NCBI GenBank assembly: GCA_048938005.1
Contig: JBHLMQ010000006.1
Location: forward strand, 64,001 to 128,000
Direction: 5' to 3'
From: Promethearchaeota archaeon
Lineage (GTDB): Archaea > Asgardarchaeota > Lokiarchaeia > Sigyniarchaeales > SOKP01
DNA length: 64,000 bases
How positions within the stretch are numbered: position 1 is the first letter of the stretch; each line of letters opens with the position of its first letter. A model generated the notes under the pieces. That model searched no databases, was not told where the DNA came from, and saw nothing but the letters and a program-made list of their open reading frames with translations. Below, one piece after another: positions 38,199 through 48,025 of the stretch. Both the position numbers and the translations under genes were made by a program.

Positions 38199-40280
38199 AT
38201 GCCAGTTCATATCACTGATTTTATTGAGGAAGAATCTGGTGTAATAAAAAAAAGAGATTTAAAGAAATCATCAAACTTAAAACAAGTCTTTTCATTAATA
38301 AATCAACATTTATATGGAAAGCTAAAATACACCGATACCGATACTAGAACACGTTCTAAACAAATTATAAACCTTCTATTATGCAAGTTAGTTGATGAAA
38401 TTAATAAAAAATCTGAAGAAGAAGTTGAATTTTTTATAAGAATTGGCGAATCTGATAAGCAGTTATTAAAAAGAATTCAAGCCTTTTTCAATGTAAATGT
38501 ACGAGAGAAATATAAAGATATAATTGATGAAAATGAACAAATCAAATTAAATAAAGAACTTGTACATTTAGTTGTAAAAGAATTAGAGTATATCTCACTT
38601 CTTCAATCATCTAAAGATATTTTAAGTGATGCTTTCGAAATTTTTGTTAGTAAGATTTTAAAAGATGAAGCAGGGCAATTCTTTACCCCTCCCAATATAA
38701 TAAAATTTATGGTAAATTATTTAGATCCTGTTGTCGATTCAAAAATTTTAGATCCTGCATGCGGTCATGGAGGTTTCCTACTTGAAGCAAAAGATCTATT
38801 ATGGTCTAAAATTGAATCAGAAGAAAAAAGAATTGAATCAATCTCAAACCTCTTTGGCATTGATAAGGATTTATTTCTGGCAAAAATTAGTAAATTATAT
38901 TTAGAAATATTAAGTAATGGAAAATCTAACATTTTTTGTGAAGATTCTTTAGATTCAAAAAGCTATAGACCTCCAGCAAAGCAAATAATAAAAAATGATA
39001 CATTTGATTATATTTTTACTAATCCACCATTCGGTGTCAAAATTCCAATAAATAATAAAGAAATTTTAACCGATTATCGACTAGGACATGCTTGGAAAAA
39101 TATTGATGGCAGATGGAAAATGCAAAATAAATTAATGAAACAACAAGCTCCTCAAGTTTTGTTTATTGAAAGGTGTATTCAATTACTTAATAATGGTGGC
39201 AAATTAGGTATAGTTTTGCCAGAAGGAATATTCGGAAATCCTACAGATCGCTATATTTGGGAATATTTAATTACTAATGGTAAAATATTAGCTATAGTTT
39301 CTTTAGATCAGAATACATTTCAACCTTATACATGCAATAAAACAAGTATTCTATTTTTTCAAAAATTAAATAATGTTCCAGAGGATTATATAATTGATTT
39401 TGCAATTGTAGAAAACGTTGGACATGATAAAGATGGTAAAATTTTATACAAACTGAATAATGATGGAAGCAAAAAATTAGATTCTAAAGATAATCCGATA
39501 GTAAATGATGATCTCATAGATTTACATTTAGCAATAAAAGATGCTGAAGAATTTAATTATTTAAAGGAACAAAAAATCTTTAAAATTAAATACAGCCAAG
39601 TTAAAGATAAAATTTTCATCCCCATTTATTATACTGGGGTAGAAAAAACTTTAAAGAAGCTTGAAAATGATAAGAATTTCACTCTTGCTACAATTCAAGA
39701 TTTGGTGGATAAGAAAATAATCTATAGTAATAAAGGTGGTTATCTCCCTCGAGGAGATGAGATTGGTTCACATGTATATGGCTTAGGTGATATCCCTTTT
39801 ATTCGAACAAGCGAATTAAACAACTGGGAGATAAACTTAGATTCCTATAAAAAAACTAGTGAGGAAGTATATGAACAGTACAAATCTAAGCAGAACATTG
39901 AAGCAGGTGACATTCTAATAGTTAAAGATGGTGGCCCTAATTTAATAGGTAAAACAGCATATATAACAGAACTGGATACTAAAATAATTATCCAAAGCCA
40001 TATATTCCAGATTAAAACTTTAGAGAATGATGAATTCATCGATTCCTACCTATTACTATACTTATTAAATTTAGAAATTGTCCAAAAACAAATACAAGCA
40101 ATAACCTTTGTTCAGGGTACGATAGCCACTATAGGCAATCGAATAATGGAATTAGGTTTACCTATACCTTCTGATTTTAATAAAAGGAGGGAAATATCAG
40201 ATTATATAAAAAAAATTATAAAATCTAAAATAGAAATCAAAAAAGAAATTCAAAAAATATCACATTATCATGAATATTGA
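38199..40280 (+). CDS. N6-adenine DNA methyltransferase (HsdM-like) fused to an HsdS-like target recognition domain
   Basis: GQFFTP, motif I DPACGHGGFL, motif IV TNPPFG, LFIERC, GIVLPEG; TRD-like IPFIRTSEL..GDILI..IGK..LPIP. Confidence 0.88.
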   Translation: MPVHITDFIEEESGVIKKRDLKKSSNLKQVFSLINQHLYGKLKYTDTDTRTRSKQIINLLLCKLVDEINKKSEEEVEFFIRIGESDKQLLKRIQAFFNVNVREKYKDIIDENEQIKLNKELVHLVVKELEYISLLQSSKDILSDAFEIFVSKILKDEAGQFFTPPNIIKFMVNYLDPVVDSKILDPACGHGGFLLEAKDLLWSKIESEEKRIESISNLFGIDKDLFLAKISKLYLEILSNGKSNIFCEDSLDSKSYRPPAKQIIKNDTFDYIFTNPPFGVKIPINNKEILTDYRLGHAWKNIDGRWKMQNKLMKQQAPQVLFIERCIQLLNNGGKLGIVLPEGIFGNPTDRYIWEYLITNGKILAIVSLDQNTFQPYTCNKTSILFFQKLNNVPEDYIIDFAIVENVGHDKDGKILYKLNNDGSKKLDSKDNPIVNDDLIDLHLAIKDAEEFNYLKEQKIFKIKYSQVKDKIFIPIYYTGVEKTLKKLENDKNFTLATIQDLVDKKIIYSNKGGYLPRGDEIGSHVYGLGDIPFIRTSELNNWEINLDSYKKTSEEVYEQYKSKQNIEAGDILIVKDGGPNLIGKTAYITELDTKIIIQSHIFQIKTLENDEFIDSYLLLYLLNLEIVQKQIQAITFVQGTIATIGNRIMELGLPIPSDFNKRREISDYIKKIIKSKIEIKKEIQKISHYHEY

Positions 40281-40707
40281 AACATTTTCAATAAAATATT
40301 ATGAGAAAGTTATTGAACTTTGGAGAAAAACTGGAATCAGTCTAGGATCTTCTGACACTAAAGAAGGACTCGAGAGAATGGTTCAACGAAATCCTAAACT
40401 CTTTTTAATTGGTAAAATAAACGAAAAATTGATAAGTGTAGTTATGGGTGGATTTGATGGGAGAAGAGGATATGTTCATCATCTAGCAGTAGATCCAGCT
40501 TATCAAAAGAAAGGATATGGTAAGTTGATGATGGATGAATTAATGAAGAAATTTCAGGAATTGGAAGTTCATAAAGTTCATTTATTTATTGAAAAACATA
40601 ATAAAACAGTCGTTGATTTTTACCAAAATTTGGGATGGGACATTAGAGATGATTTGATGATGATGAGTTATATCCCAGATAAAAATTTATACAAAATGAG
40701 AATATAG
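40270..40707 (+). CDS. GNAT acetyltransferase (YpeA-like)
   Basis: MGGFDGRRGYVHHLAVDPAYQKKGYG, N..VVDFYQNLGW; overlaps the MTase stop. Confidence 0.9.
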   Translation: MNIETFSIKYYEKVIELWRKTGISLGSSDTKEGLERMVQRNPKLFLIGKINEKLISVVMGGFDGRRGYVHHLAVDPAYQKKGYGKLMMDELMKKFQELEVHKVHLFIEKHNKTVVDFYQNLGWDIRDDLMMMSYIPDKNLYKMRI

Positions 40708-40823
40708 TAACTAAACAGTTTTCGATTTCTACGAAATTTGTATTTCAGTTTTAGATTATTTTTAAAATTTTATATAATATTGAAATGAATAATATTACAT
40801 ATTCTTACAAAATTCAAATTTGA

Positions 40824-42611
40824 TTGAAAATGAGTGATGAGATTACAGAATACTGGATGAAAAATTGGCCAAAAGAAACACCTAGAAATATTGATTATGA
40901 TGAGATTCCTTTAGGGGACCTTTTAAGTAGAACTGCGTTAAAATATCCCGATTCGCAAGCGGTTTTTTTTGAGGGGTTTCGAATGACATATCTCGAATTA
41001 GATACACTAGTGGATCAATTTGCTACTGGACTATCTAAATTGGGAATAACAAAAGGAGATGTAGTATGTATTGACTTACCTAACGTTCCTCAATACGTGA
41101 TCGCCCATTGGGCAGTTATTAGACTTGGAGCAATTTCGAATCCTATCCTTCCAGTTAATAGATTTGTAGAAATTGCGCATCAAGTTAACGATTCAAAAGC
41201 CAAAATTTTGATAATCTTAGATTTTTTATACGAAGAATATATTCTTGGAAAAGACCTTAGTAAAATGTCTACAATAAAAAGCATAATATTAACTGGCAGT
41301 GCAGAATACTTACCTAAAATGAAAGCTAAGATAGGAACTGCTTTAGGAATAGTTCCAAGAATGAAAAAGTGGCCAGAAAAAGTTAATAACATCATGTTTC
41401 ATAAATTTCAAGATGTTTTGCAAAGTGGGCTACCGATAAATGTGCCTAAAGTAGATATTGATATCAAGAAAGAATCTAGCATTTTAATATATACTGGTGG
41501 AACAACCGGGGTTCCAAAAGGGGTTATGACTTCTCATTTTAATATGATCGCAAATACTATACAAATTGTTACATGGGCATATACTCAAGTACCTGAAATG
41601 GAAGCAGTAAAAGGAAAAGGAGGAATGTTGCTCGTAGTACCATTAGCTCATTCTTATGGAAATATAGCAATGACTGTTGCTATACATCAAGGATGGAAAT
41701 TGATCCTAGTACCACGTCCGCCAGATAAGATATCAAATATTTTAAAAATAATTATGAAAGAGAAAGCTACATATATGCCTGGAGTTCCTACACTTTTTAT
41801 AAAAGTTAATCAAGACCCTGATTCCGCCAAATATAAGAATAAACTTAGCTCACTAATAGCCTGTATAAGTGGTGCTTCTGCTTTGCCTTTTGAAGTTAAA
41901 AATACATTTGAAGAACTGACGAGTGCCATTATTGTTGAAGGTTACGGAGTGTCAGAATGTTCTCCCATAATAACCATAAATCCATTCATAAAAGTACTTC
42001 AAAAAATAAACACTGTTGGTTTTCCGCTGTCCGACACGTTAATTAAGATTGTTGACATTGAAGAGGGAAAAAAAATTCTCCCCCAATGTCCTAACGAAAA
42101 TTGTGATAAATGTGGAGAAGATGAGCAACAATATATAGGAGAAATATGCGGATCTGGACCACAGGTTATGCTAGGTTACTTAGGAAGAAAAGAAGATACG
42201 GATTATGCATTAAGAAAAGATTCAAAAGGAATAATCTGGTATTATACAGCGGATATAGGCTGTATTGATAAAGAGGGATATTTACATATCAAAGATAGAA
42301 AACGTGATATGATAAAAAGAAAGGGTCACGCTGTATTCCCTAGTGAGATAGAAGATCTAATTTATATGAATGAAGCTGTGAATGAAGTAGGGGTTATTGG
42401 TGTCCCTAATCCAGAAACTGGACAAGAAATAAAAGCATTTATATCGTTAAAATCTGAATATCAGGGGAAAATAATTGAAGAAGATATTTTAGAATGGTGT
42501 AAGGCAAATATCAGTCCGTTTAAATATCCTAGAATAATTGAGATCGTATCCGAATTACCTAAATCTGTGATTGGTAAAATTTTAAAAAGAGAATTACGAA
42601 AGGAAGAGTAA
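40824..42611 (+). CDS. Long-chain fatty-acid--CoA ligase (FadD-like)
   Basis: YTGGTTGVPKG, EGYGVSE, TADIG, DRKRDMI, LPKSVIGKILKR. Confidence 0.93.
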   Translation: MKMSDEITEYWMKNWPKETPRNIDYDEIPLGDLLSRTALKYPDSQAVFFEGFRMTYLELDTLVDQFATGLSKLGITKGDVVCIDLPNVPQYVIAHWAVIRLGAISNPILPVNRFVEIAHQVNDSKAKILIILDFLYEEYILGKDLSKMSTIKSIILTGSAEYLPKMKAKIGTALGIVPRMKKWPEKVNNIMFHKFQDVLQSGLPINVPKVDIDIKKESSILIYTGGTTGVPKGVMTSHFNMIANTIQIVTWAYTQVPEMEAVKGKGGMLLVVPLAHSYGNIAMTVAIHQGWKLILVPRPPDKISNILKIIMKEKATYMPGVPTLFIKVNQDPDSAKYKNKLSSLIACISGASALPFEVKNTFEELTSAIIVEGYGVSECSPIITINPFIKVLQKINTVGFPLSDTLIKIVDIEEGKKILPQCPNENCDKCGEDEQQYIGEICGSGPQVMLGYLGRKEDTDYALRKDSKGIIWYYTADIGCIDKEGYLHIKDRKRDMIKRKGHAVFPSEIEDLIYMNEAVNEVGVIGVPNPETGQEIKAFISLKSEYQGKIIEEDILEWCKANISPFKYPRIIEIVSELPKSVIGKILKRELRKEE

Positions 42612-42662
42612 TATTATATAATCATTTATTTTTTTTATTTAAGAAAAGAAAAAATAATAATT

Positions 42663-43685
42663 TTAAGATATATTCGAACATAATTTTTTCAATAATATTT
42701 CTGCTTTTTTTGTATAGCCACTAACAATATCATCAACATTGAGTATAGAATCGATTAAACCACACGTTTGTCCTACTGGAACAGCTCCATCAACTACATC
42801 GCCTTTTGTATACACTATTTCATAAGCAATAAGGTCTTTTAGGTATTCATCCATCTCGTAAGCTAATTCTTGCGCTATTTTTTCTTCTTTCGTCATTACT
42901 TTACCATGTTCTAAGCAATATTTATTTTTCAATAATCTAATAGGTCCAAAACCTCCGGTAGTAAGCATCGTATCTCGAGCTGTAGCAGGAAGGATTAGAT
43001 CTTTGTAGTTTTGCCGGAATTCACTTTGATTAGAAGCGATAAATCGTGTTCCCATGGCAATAGCATCAGCCCCCATAGCCAACCCCGCCGCTACTCCCTC
43101 TGGACTAGCAAAACCTCCACATCCTACCAATAATTTATTGGGGTATTTCTGAGCAACTTGTTGTAATAAAACTAATGTAGTTACACCTTCATAACTTTGG
43201 TGGCCACCACCTTCAGTTCCTGTTGCCACAATGCCATCGCAACCTGATTCTACTATCTTATCCACTAACCATAAAGCGGGTCCAACATGAAAATGATACA
43301 TATCAGGTGCTTTTTCTTTCCACATTTTGCCTGCTAAACGGGGACCTCCAGCACTAGTTAAACCATATATTAATTGTTCCCTTAGTTTAGGGTTCTCATT
43401 ACGCCATTGTGGAATCCTTCTTAGCAAAGCTCTATGATCTGTCTGAATTCGAGCAACACGAACGTTTAAACCAAATGGTTTATCCGTATGTTCGATAACA
43501 TAATCTAATTGCTCTTTGAAATCTTTAACTGAATTTTTTCCTCTTAATGTAGCATGACTTACAACTCCTAATCCACCCGCCTCAGAAACTGCAATAGCTA
43601 ATTCAGTTGTATAGAATGGACCCATTGGAGCACTAATAATAGGGTATTTTATCCCAAACTTTTCAGTTATTCTTGTTTTAATCAT
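42663..43685 (-). CDS. FMN-dependent nitronate monooxygenase / FabK-like enoyl-thioester reductase family protein
   Basis: YPIISAPMG, AVSEAGGLG, GTEGGGH, GCGGF, AMGTRF, GQTCGLI. Confidence 0.88.
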   Translation of the reverse strand: MIKTRITEKFGIKYPIISAPMGPFYTTELAIAVSEAGGLGVVSHATLRGKNSVKDFKEQLDYVIEHTDKPFGLNVRVARIQTDHRALLRRIPQWRNENPKLREQLIYGLTSAGGPRLAGKMWKEKAPDMYHFHVGPALWLVDKIVESGCDGIVATGTEGGGHQSYEGVTTLVLLQQVAQKYPNKLLVGCGGFASPEGVAAGLAMGADAIAMGTRFIASNQSEFRQNYKDLILPATARDTMLTTGGFGPIRLLKNKYCLEHGKVMTKEEKIAQELAYEMDEYLKDLIAYEIVYTKGDVVDGAVPVGQTCGLIDSILNVDDIVSGYTKKAEILLKKLCSNIS

Positions 43686-43829
43686 TTTTTATTATACCTT
43701 AAAAATTAAAATAATAATTGAATATAACTTCCTTTTTAATAATAAAAAAGCTATCTAAATTAATTATGTTGAATGATAAGGTTTACTTTAAAATTAATAA
43801 AAATGGGATAATAAATAAAAATAGATTAG

Positions 43830-44540
43830 TTAGAATTTATAACCACATTTCTTGCAGACATTAATTTTGGAATATAGTGGGCTGTGTCCGACGTAGCTAA
43901 GCACTTTACTTTTATCTTCTTCTACTTTTAAATCCTTCCCTCTTGCGCCGCACATTGGACAAATCAAGCGTTCTTTACTGGTATATTCCATTGGTTCGGC
44001 TGGTTTTAATGCGGACAATTCTGTTTCTGCCTTTTCTAGTTTAACTTTTTGTTCATCAAAAGTTTTTTCTTTTTCTTTAAGATTTTCATTCAATTTCGTT
44101 ATTTCTTGCTTTAAATCATCCATTTCTTGTTTTAAATCATTTATTTCTGCGTTTAATTTATTCAATTCATCATCTTTTAAAGTAATTGTTTTTTTCAAAT
44201 CATAAATTTCGCTGTTTAATTTATCAATTTTGTTAGCCGTATTTTCTAGCTCAGAGATTTTTCCTCTAGTATCTTCTAATTTAGAACTCAAAATATCTCT
44301 TGATTTTCCTAAGTTTGCTATTTCTTCATCCTTCTTTGCTAAAATGTCTTTAAGTTCACTAATCTCTGCTTCATACGTACTAACTTTATTTTGTAATGCT
44401 TTTACTATTTTATTATCTAGATCAGTAGTAAGATCTTTCATTTCATCTTGAGAAATAACTACTACACCTCTATCGCATCTCAAATAATTAATATAATTGT
44501 AATTAAAATTTGGAATTTGATTAATTGAAATTTTTAGCAA
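43830..44540 (-). CDS. Long coiled-coil protein with C-terminal Zn ribbon; the true start is probably near 44456 or 44441
   Basis: Heptad-rich central region; CPMCG..CKKCG; GAGGTG SD at 44465-44470, downstream of the ORF-track start. Confidence 0.75.
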   Translation of the reverse strand: MLKISINQIPNFNYNYINYLRCDRGVVVISQDEMKDLTTDLDNKIVKALQNKVSTYEAEISELKDILAKKDEEIANLGKSRDILSSKLEDTRGKISELENTANKIDKLNSEIYDLKKTITLKDDELNKLNAEINDLKQEMDDLKQEITKLNENLKEKEKTFDEQKVKLEKAETELSALKPAEPMEYTSKERLICPMCGARGKDLKVEEDKSKVLSYVGHSPLYSKINVCKKCGYKF

Positions 44541-44742
44541 TATACTATATATATTTACAAGAATTTTATAATAGAATTTATATTTAAGCTTTTATTTTGC
44601 GATGTTTTCTATGATAAAAAAGATATTTGACTTTACTGTAATACTATTTGCCAGATTTTTGAGAAATTAAATATTAATTAAACATTTGAAATTATAATTA
44701 CACAATATAAAAGTAAAAAAATATTGAATTAGTGAAGAATAA

Positions 44743-45999
44743 TTGAGAAAAGTAGCAATTATTGGAATAGGAATTACACCTTTTAAAGCAAGGTATTTAG
44801 ATAAAACTTATTTTGAATTAGCTTATGATGCTACAAAATTAGCACTCGAAGACGCTAATAAAAACGGAGCAGAAATCATACACAAAGATCTCCAATCGAC
44901 GGTTTATGGAATTTATAATGAGTTATTTGAGCGACAATTTATGCCGGATATCTTTACAAATTCATATTTAGGTATGAATAATAAACCGGGAACCAGAGTT
45001 GCCACAGGAGGCGCTACAGGAGGATATACAGTTCGAATGGCTTATGCTGAAGTAGCTTCTGGATTGTCTGATTTATGTCTTTGTATCGGTCTTGAAAAAT
45101 GTAATGATTGTTATGATGAACAGACAGGAACTACCACCCCTGAAGTTCTTAATGCTATTGCTTACTCTTCAGATATGACTTATGAGTACCCAATGGGTAT
45201 GATGGCAGCAAGCTCTTATGTATCGATGGTAAATGCACATTATGAAGAATTTGGCAATCCTACCGAAGAACAAATGGCGTATGTGAGTGTGAAAAATCAT
45301 GGTAATGCAATGCTAAATCCTAAAGCCCAATCTCCAATGAAGCTGACTATTGAAGATGTGATATACTCAAGAATTATTTGTTATCCGTTTAAAATGTTGG
45401 ATTGTTGTCTCTATTCTGAAGCATCTGCAGCATTAATTCTAGCCAATGAAGAAAAAGTTAGAGAATTAGGAGTTGAGAATCCAATATGGATTACAGGAGT
45501 TGCAGCTGCGAACACAGATTGCTTCATTGGTAATCGAGAAAGTGTAGGGAGGCTATATTCTAATATTTACGCAGCAAAAGTAGCATATAAAATGGCAGGT
45601 CTTGATTATAATAAAATTAAGGAACAAATTGATGTTGCAGAATTACATGATGCCTTTAGTGGACAAGAAGTAATTTCTTATGAGGAACTAGGATTTGTAC
45701 CATTTGGAGAGGGTGGTCCATGGATTGAAAACTCTTTTGAAAAGCCCGGTGAAGGCCCTTGGTTGGAAGGAGAATTACCATGTTGTCCTTCAGGAGGATT
45801 AATTGGTTGTGGACATGCCGTTGGGGCTACAGGAATCATGTCAACTGGTGAAGCGGCACTTCAACTAAGAGGCAAAGCAGGCAAACATCAAGTATCCATT
45901 GAAAAGGGCAGAGCAATATCTCATTCTATAGGGGGTCCTGGAGCAGCGTATGCTGCTGTTATTGTAATGACAAATGAGGAGGGGTTGAAAAAGCCATGA
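44743..45999 (+). CDS. SCPx-type thiolase-fold protein lacking the canonical nucleophilic Cys
   Basis: KNHGNA..NPKAQ, ELHDAF, SGGLIGCGHAVGATG; the position normally holding CxSG reads TGGATGG. Confidence 0.85.
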   Translation: MRKVAIIGIGITPFKARYLDKTYFELAYDATKLALEDANKNGAEIIHKDLQSTVYGIYNELFERQFMPDIFTNSYLGMNNKPGTRVATGGATGGYTVRMAYAEVASGLSDLCLCIGLEKCNDCYDEQTGTTTPEVLNAIAYSSDMTYEYPMGMMAASSYVSMVNAHYEEFGNPTEEQMAYVSVKNHGNAMLNPKAQSPMKLTIEDVIYSRIICYPFKMLDCCLYSEASAALILANEEKVRELGVENPIWITGVAAANTDCFIGNRESVGRLYSNIYAAKVAYKMAGLDYNKIKEQIDVAELHDAFSGQEVISYEELGFVPFGEGGPWIENSFEKPGEGPWLEGELPCCPSGGLIGCGHAVGATGIMSTGEAALQLRGKAGKHQVSIEKGRAISHSIGGPGAAYAAVIVMTNEEGLKKP

Positions 46000-46490
46000 G
46001 TGAAAAATTTGAAGCACATGAAATAAGAGATAAAATTGTCATAAATTATAAATATACAATGGGTGGACATTCCAAATTTTTCATTGAGTTAATGAATAAT
46101 AAAAAAATTTTAGCAACAAAATGTAAGAAATGCGGTAAAGTATGGATGCCTCCAAGAATTAATTGTTCCGATTGCTTCGAAGACACTGAATGGATAGAAT
46201 TAAAACCTGAAGGTGAAATTTTGGTCAGCACGATTGCTTGGTTTACAACCTCCGCTTTTATTCAAAATGTACCCTATGCAATGGGTTTCATTAAGTTGAA
46301 AGGTGCCGACACTGGAATGCTCCAAGGTATCTTTTCGGAAAATTTAGTTCCTATTAAAATTAAAAAAGGGAAGAAAGTTAAGGCAGTATTCAATAAGAAT
46401 AGAGAAGGAATTATGACTGATTTCTTTTTCGTACCAGAAGAAGAATATGAGAGCTGGATTAATAAACCAGAGTTCGAGGGAGGTGGATAA
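45996..46490 (+). CDS. DUF35 Zn-ribbon/OB-fold acyl-CoA-binding protein
   Basis: KCKKCGKVWMPPRINCSDC, PYAMGFIKLKGA; overlaps the thiolase stop (ATGA). Confidence 0.9.
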   Translation: MSEKFEAHEIRDKIVINYKYTMGGHSKFFIELMNNKKILATKCKKCGKVWMPPRINCSDCFEDTEWIELKPEGEILVSTIAWFTTSAFIQNVPYAMGFIKLKGADTGMLQGIFSENLVPIKIKKGKKVKAVFNKNREGIMTDFFFVPEEEYESWINKPEFEGGG

Positions 46491-46493
46491 AAA

Positions 46494-46865
46494 ATGGATA
46501 CTGTAAAAGATAATTTAAAAAAAATACTTTTAGGAATGGAAGATAATTTAAAAGTAGAGGACATGTTTACCACTAATGTTGGTGGAAAAGACGTTGCTTG
46601 GGATAAGATATTCCAATTCAACTTGGATAATGAGGATCCATTCTTTTTAGTAATTAAAGACAAAAAAGTGAAAATTACAGATGGCACAGTCTTAGATCCC
46701 GATGTTATATTAACAGGTGATCCAAATTCGATAGTAAACATATGCAATGGGAAGGGAGACTTTACTCATGCTATTTCTAGAGAAGAGATAAAAGTAGCAG
46801 AAGGTAAAGTAATGGATGTCATCCGACTTACTAAAGCTATAACAATTGTTTTAAAAACTAAATAA
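46494..46865 (+). CDS. SCP2 sterol/lipid-binding domain protein
   Basis: IFQFNL..F.LVIKD..V..G..PDVIL..G....A.....IKV.G pattern; third gene of the thiolase operon. Confidence 0.8.
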   Translation: MDTVKDNLKKILLGMEDNLKVEDMFTTNVGGKDVAWDKIFQFNLDNEDPFFLVIKDKKVKITDGTVLDPDVILTGDPNSIVNICNGKGDFTHAISREEIKVAEGKVMDVIRLTKAITIVLKTK

Positions 46866-46898
46866 TTTTTTTTTACAATTTTTTAATTGCTCATTTGT

Positions 46899-46931
46899 TA
46901 TCAAACCTGTAAATTCAGAATAGGTGTGATA
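46899..46931. other. Imperfect stem-loop downstream of the SCP2 gene
   Basis: TATCA-A-ACCTGT ... ATAGGT-G-TGATA arms around a 9-nt loop. Confidence 0.35.
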
Positions 46932-47147
46932 GGTTCACTATCTGATTACTTTATTTTATCTTCTCAAGAGTTTTTTATCTCATCTTGTTAGTTTGTAATA
47001 TAAGTTCTATGATTAAAAATTATCTATATTTTCGACTAAAGAATAGAAATATTTATATATTTACCTATGAAATATATCCACACTAGAATTTATCCAAAAA
47101 TAATTTTTTTATTTATATAATTTAATTAAAATTTGAGGTTATTATAA

Positions 47148-47969
47148 ATGAGAAGAGAAATAGCTGTAATAGGGATGATAGTTTGCGTAGCAGGAGGATT
47201 ACTAGGGGGATGGTTTATACCTTCACCTATTACTGCACCATCGTCAAGATTAGTAGATCTAATAAAACAACGAGGTAAACTGATTGTTGGAACTAGTGCT
47301 GATTACCCTCCCTTCGAATTTTGGAACTTAACTAAAATACCAAATGAGATTGAAGGTTTTGATATTGACTTAAGTCAGTTGATTGCTGATGCACTTGGCG
47401 TTACTCTTGAAATGACTGACATTAGTTTTGATGCCTTGATTGGGAGTTGTCAAGCAGGCACAATCGACATGATTGCGGCTGCAATGACCTACGATCCTAC
47501 GACAGAAGTAGGACAACAACGCGCAAAACAACTTGCACCTTCTATACCTTATATTAGTGTAGCTCAGGTTGTCATCGTAGTGGATTCTTCACCACTCACA
47601 ACAATTGATAGTTTAGATAATCTTACTGGATCGGGATTGAATATTGGCTGCCAATCGGGTACTGTAATGCAAGCTGAATTGGCTCTTATATCCGGTATTA
47701 CTGTCACAGCATTTTCTAGTGCTATCTTGCTTATTCAAGATCTAGTCAGTGGTACGGGTATAGACGCAGCATATGTAGATGAACCAATTTTTGACGCGTG
47801 GAATGCTACATATAGCCTTAGGGTCATCTTAACAACGGGAACTGATCCTCTATCACTATGGTGCAGACATGAGAATCCAGACTTGTTGTACATAATTAAC
47901 ACAGCCATCCTTGATGCATCTGTACCGAATGGAACACTGTTTGAAATAATAGACAAGTGGTTTGGATAA
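47148..47969 (+). CDS. Polar amino acid ABC transporter substrate-binding protein
   Basis: GKLIVGTSADYPPFE, GFDIDL, FDALI, G.QSGT; N-terminal TM. Confidence 0.92.
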   Translation: MRREIAVIGMIVCVAGGLLGGWFIPSPITAPSSRLVDLIKQRGKLIVGTSADYPPFEFWNLTKIPNEIEGFDIDLSQLIADALGVTLEMTDISFDALIGSCQAGTIDMIAAAMTYDPTTEVGQQRAKQLAPSIPYISVAQVVIVVDSSPLTTIDSLDNLTGSGLNIGCQSGTVMQAELALISGITVTAFSSAILLIQDLVSGTGIDAAYVDEPIFDAWNATYSLRVILTTGTDPLSLWCRHENPDLLYIINTAILDASVPNGTLFEIIDKWFG

Positions 47970-47974
47970 GCTAT

Positions 47975-48025
47975 GTTCTAATCCTCCCTGAAATAATTTT
48001 TCATATTTCAGTAAGAGGATAGGAC
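47975..48025 (+). other. Long RNA hairpin between the SBP and permease genes
   Basis: GTTCTA/TAGGAC, ATCCTC/GAGGAT and CTGAAATA/TATTTCAG nested pairings; a second hairpin at about 48051-48088. Confidence 0.55.

Noticed and set aside
40775-40805. Degenerate FadR-like box (TGAAATGAATAATATTACA) upstream of the acyl-CoA ligase
   Set aside because: Needs a gap and several mismatches, which is not distinguishable from chance in such AT-rich DNA without a statistical scan
44457-44540. N-terminal 28 aa of the coiled-coil ORF as called in the track
   Set aside because: Looks like translated intergenic DNA; the SD lies downstream at 44465-44470
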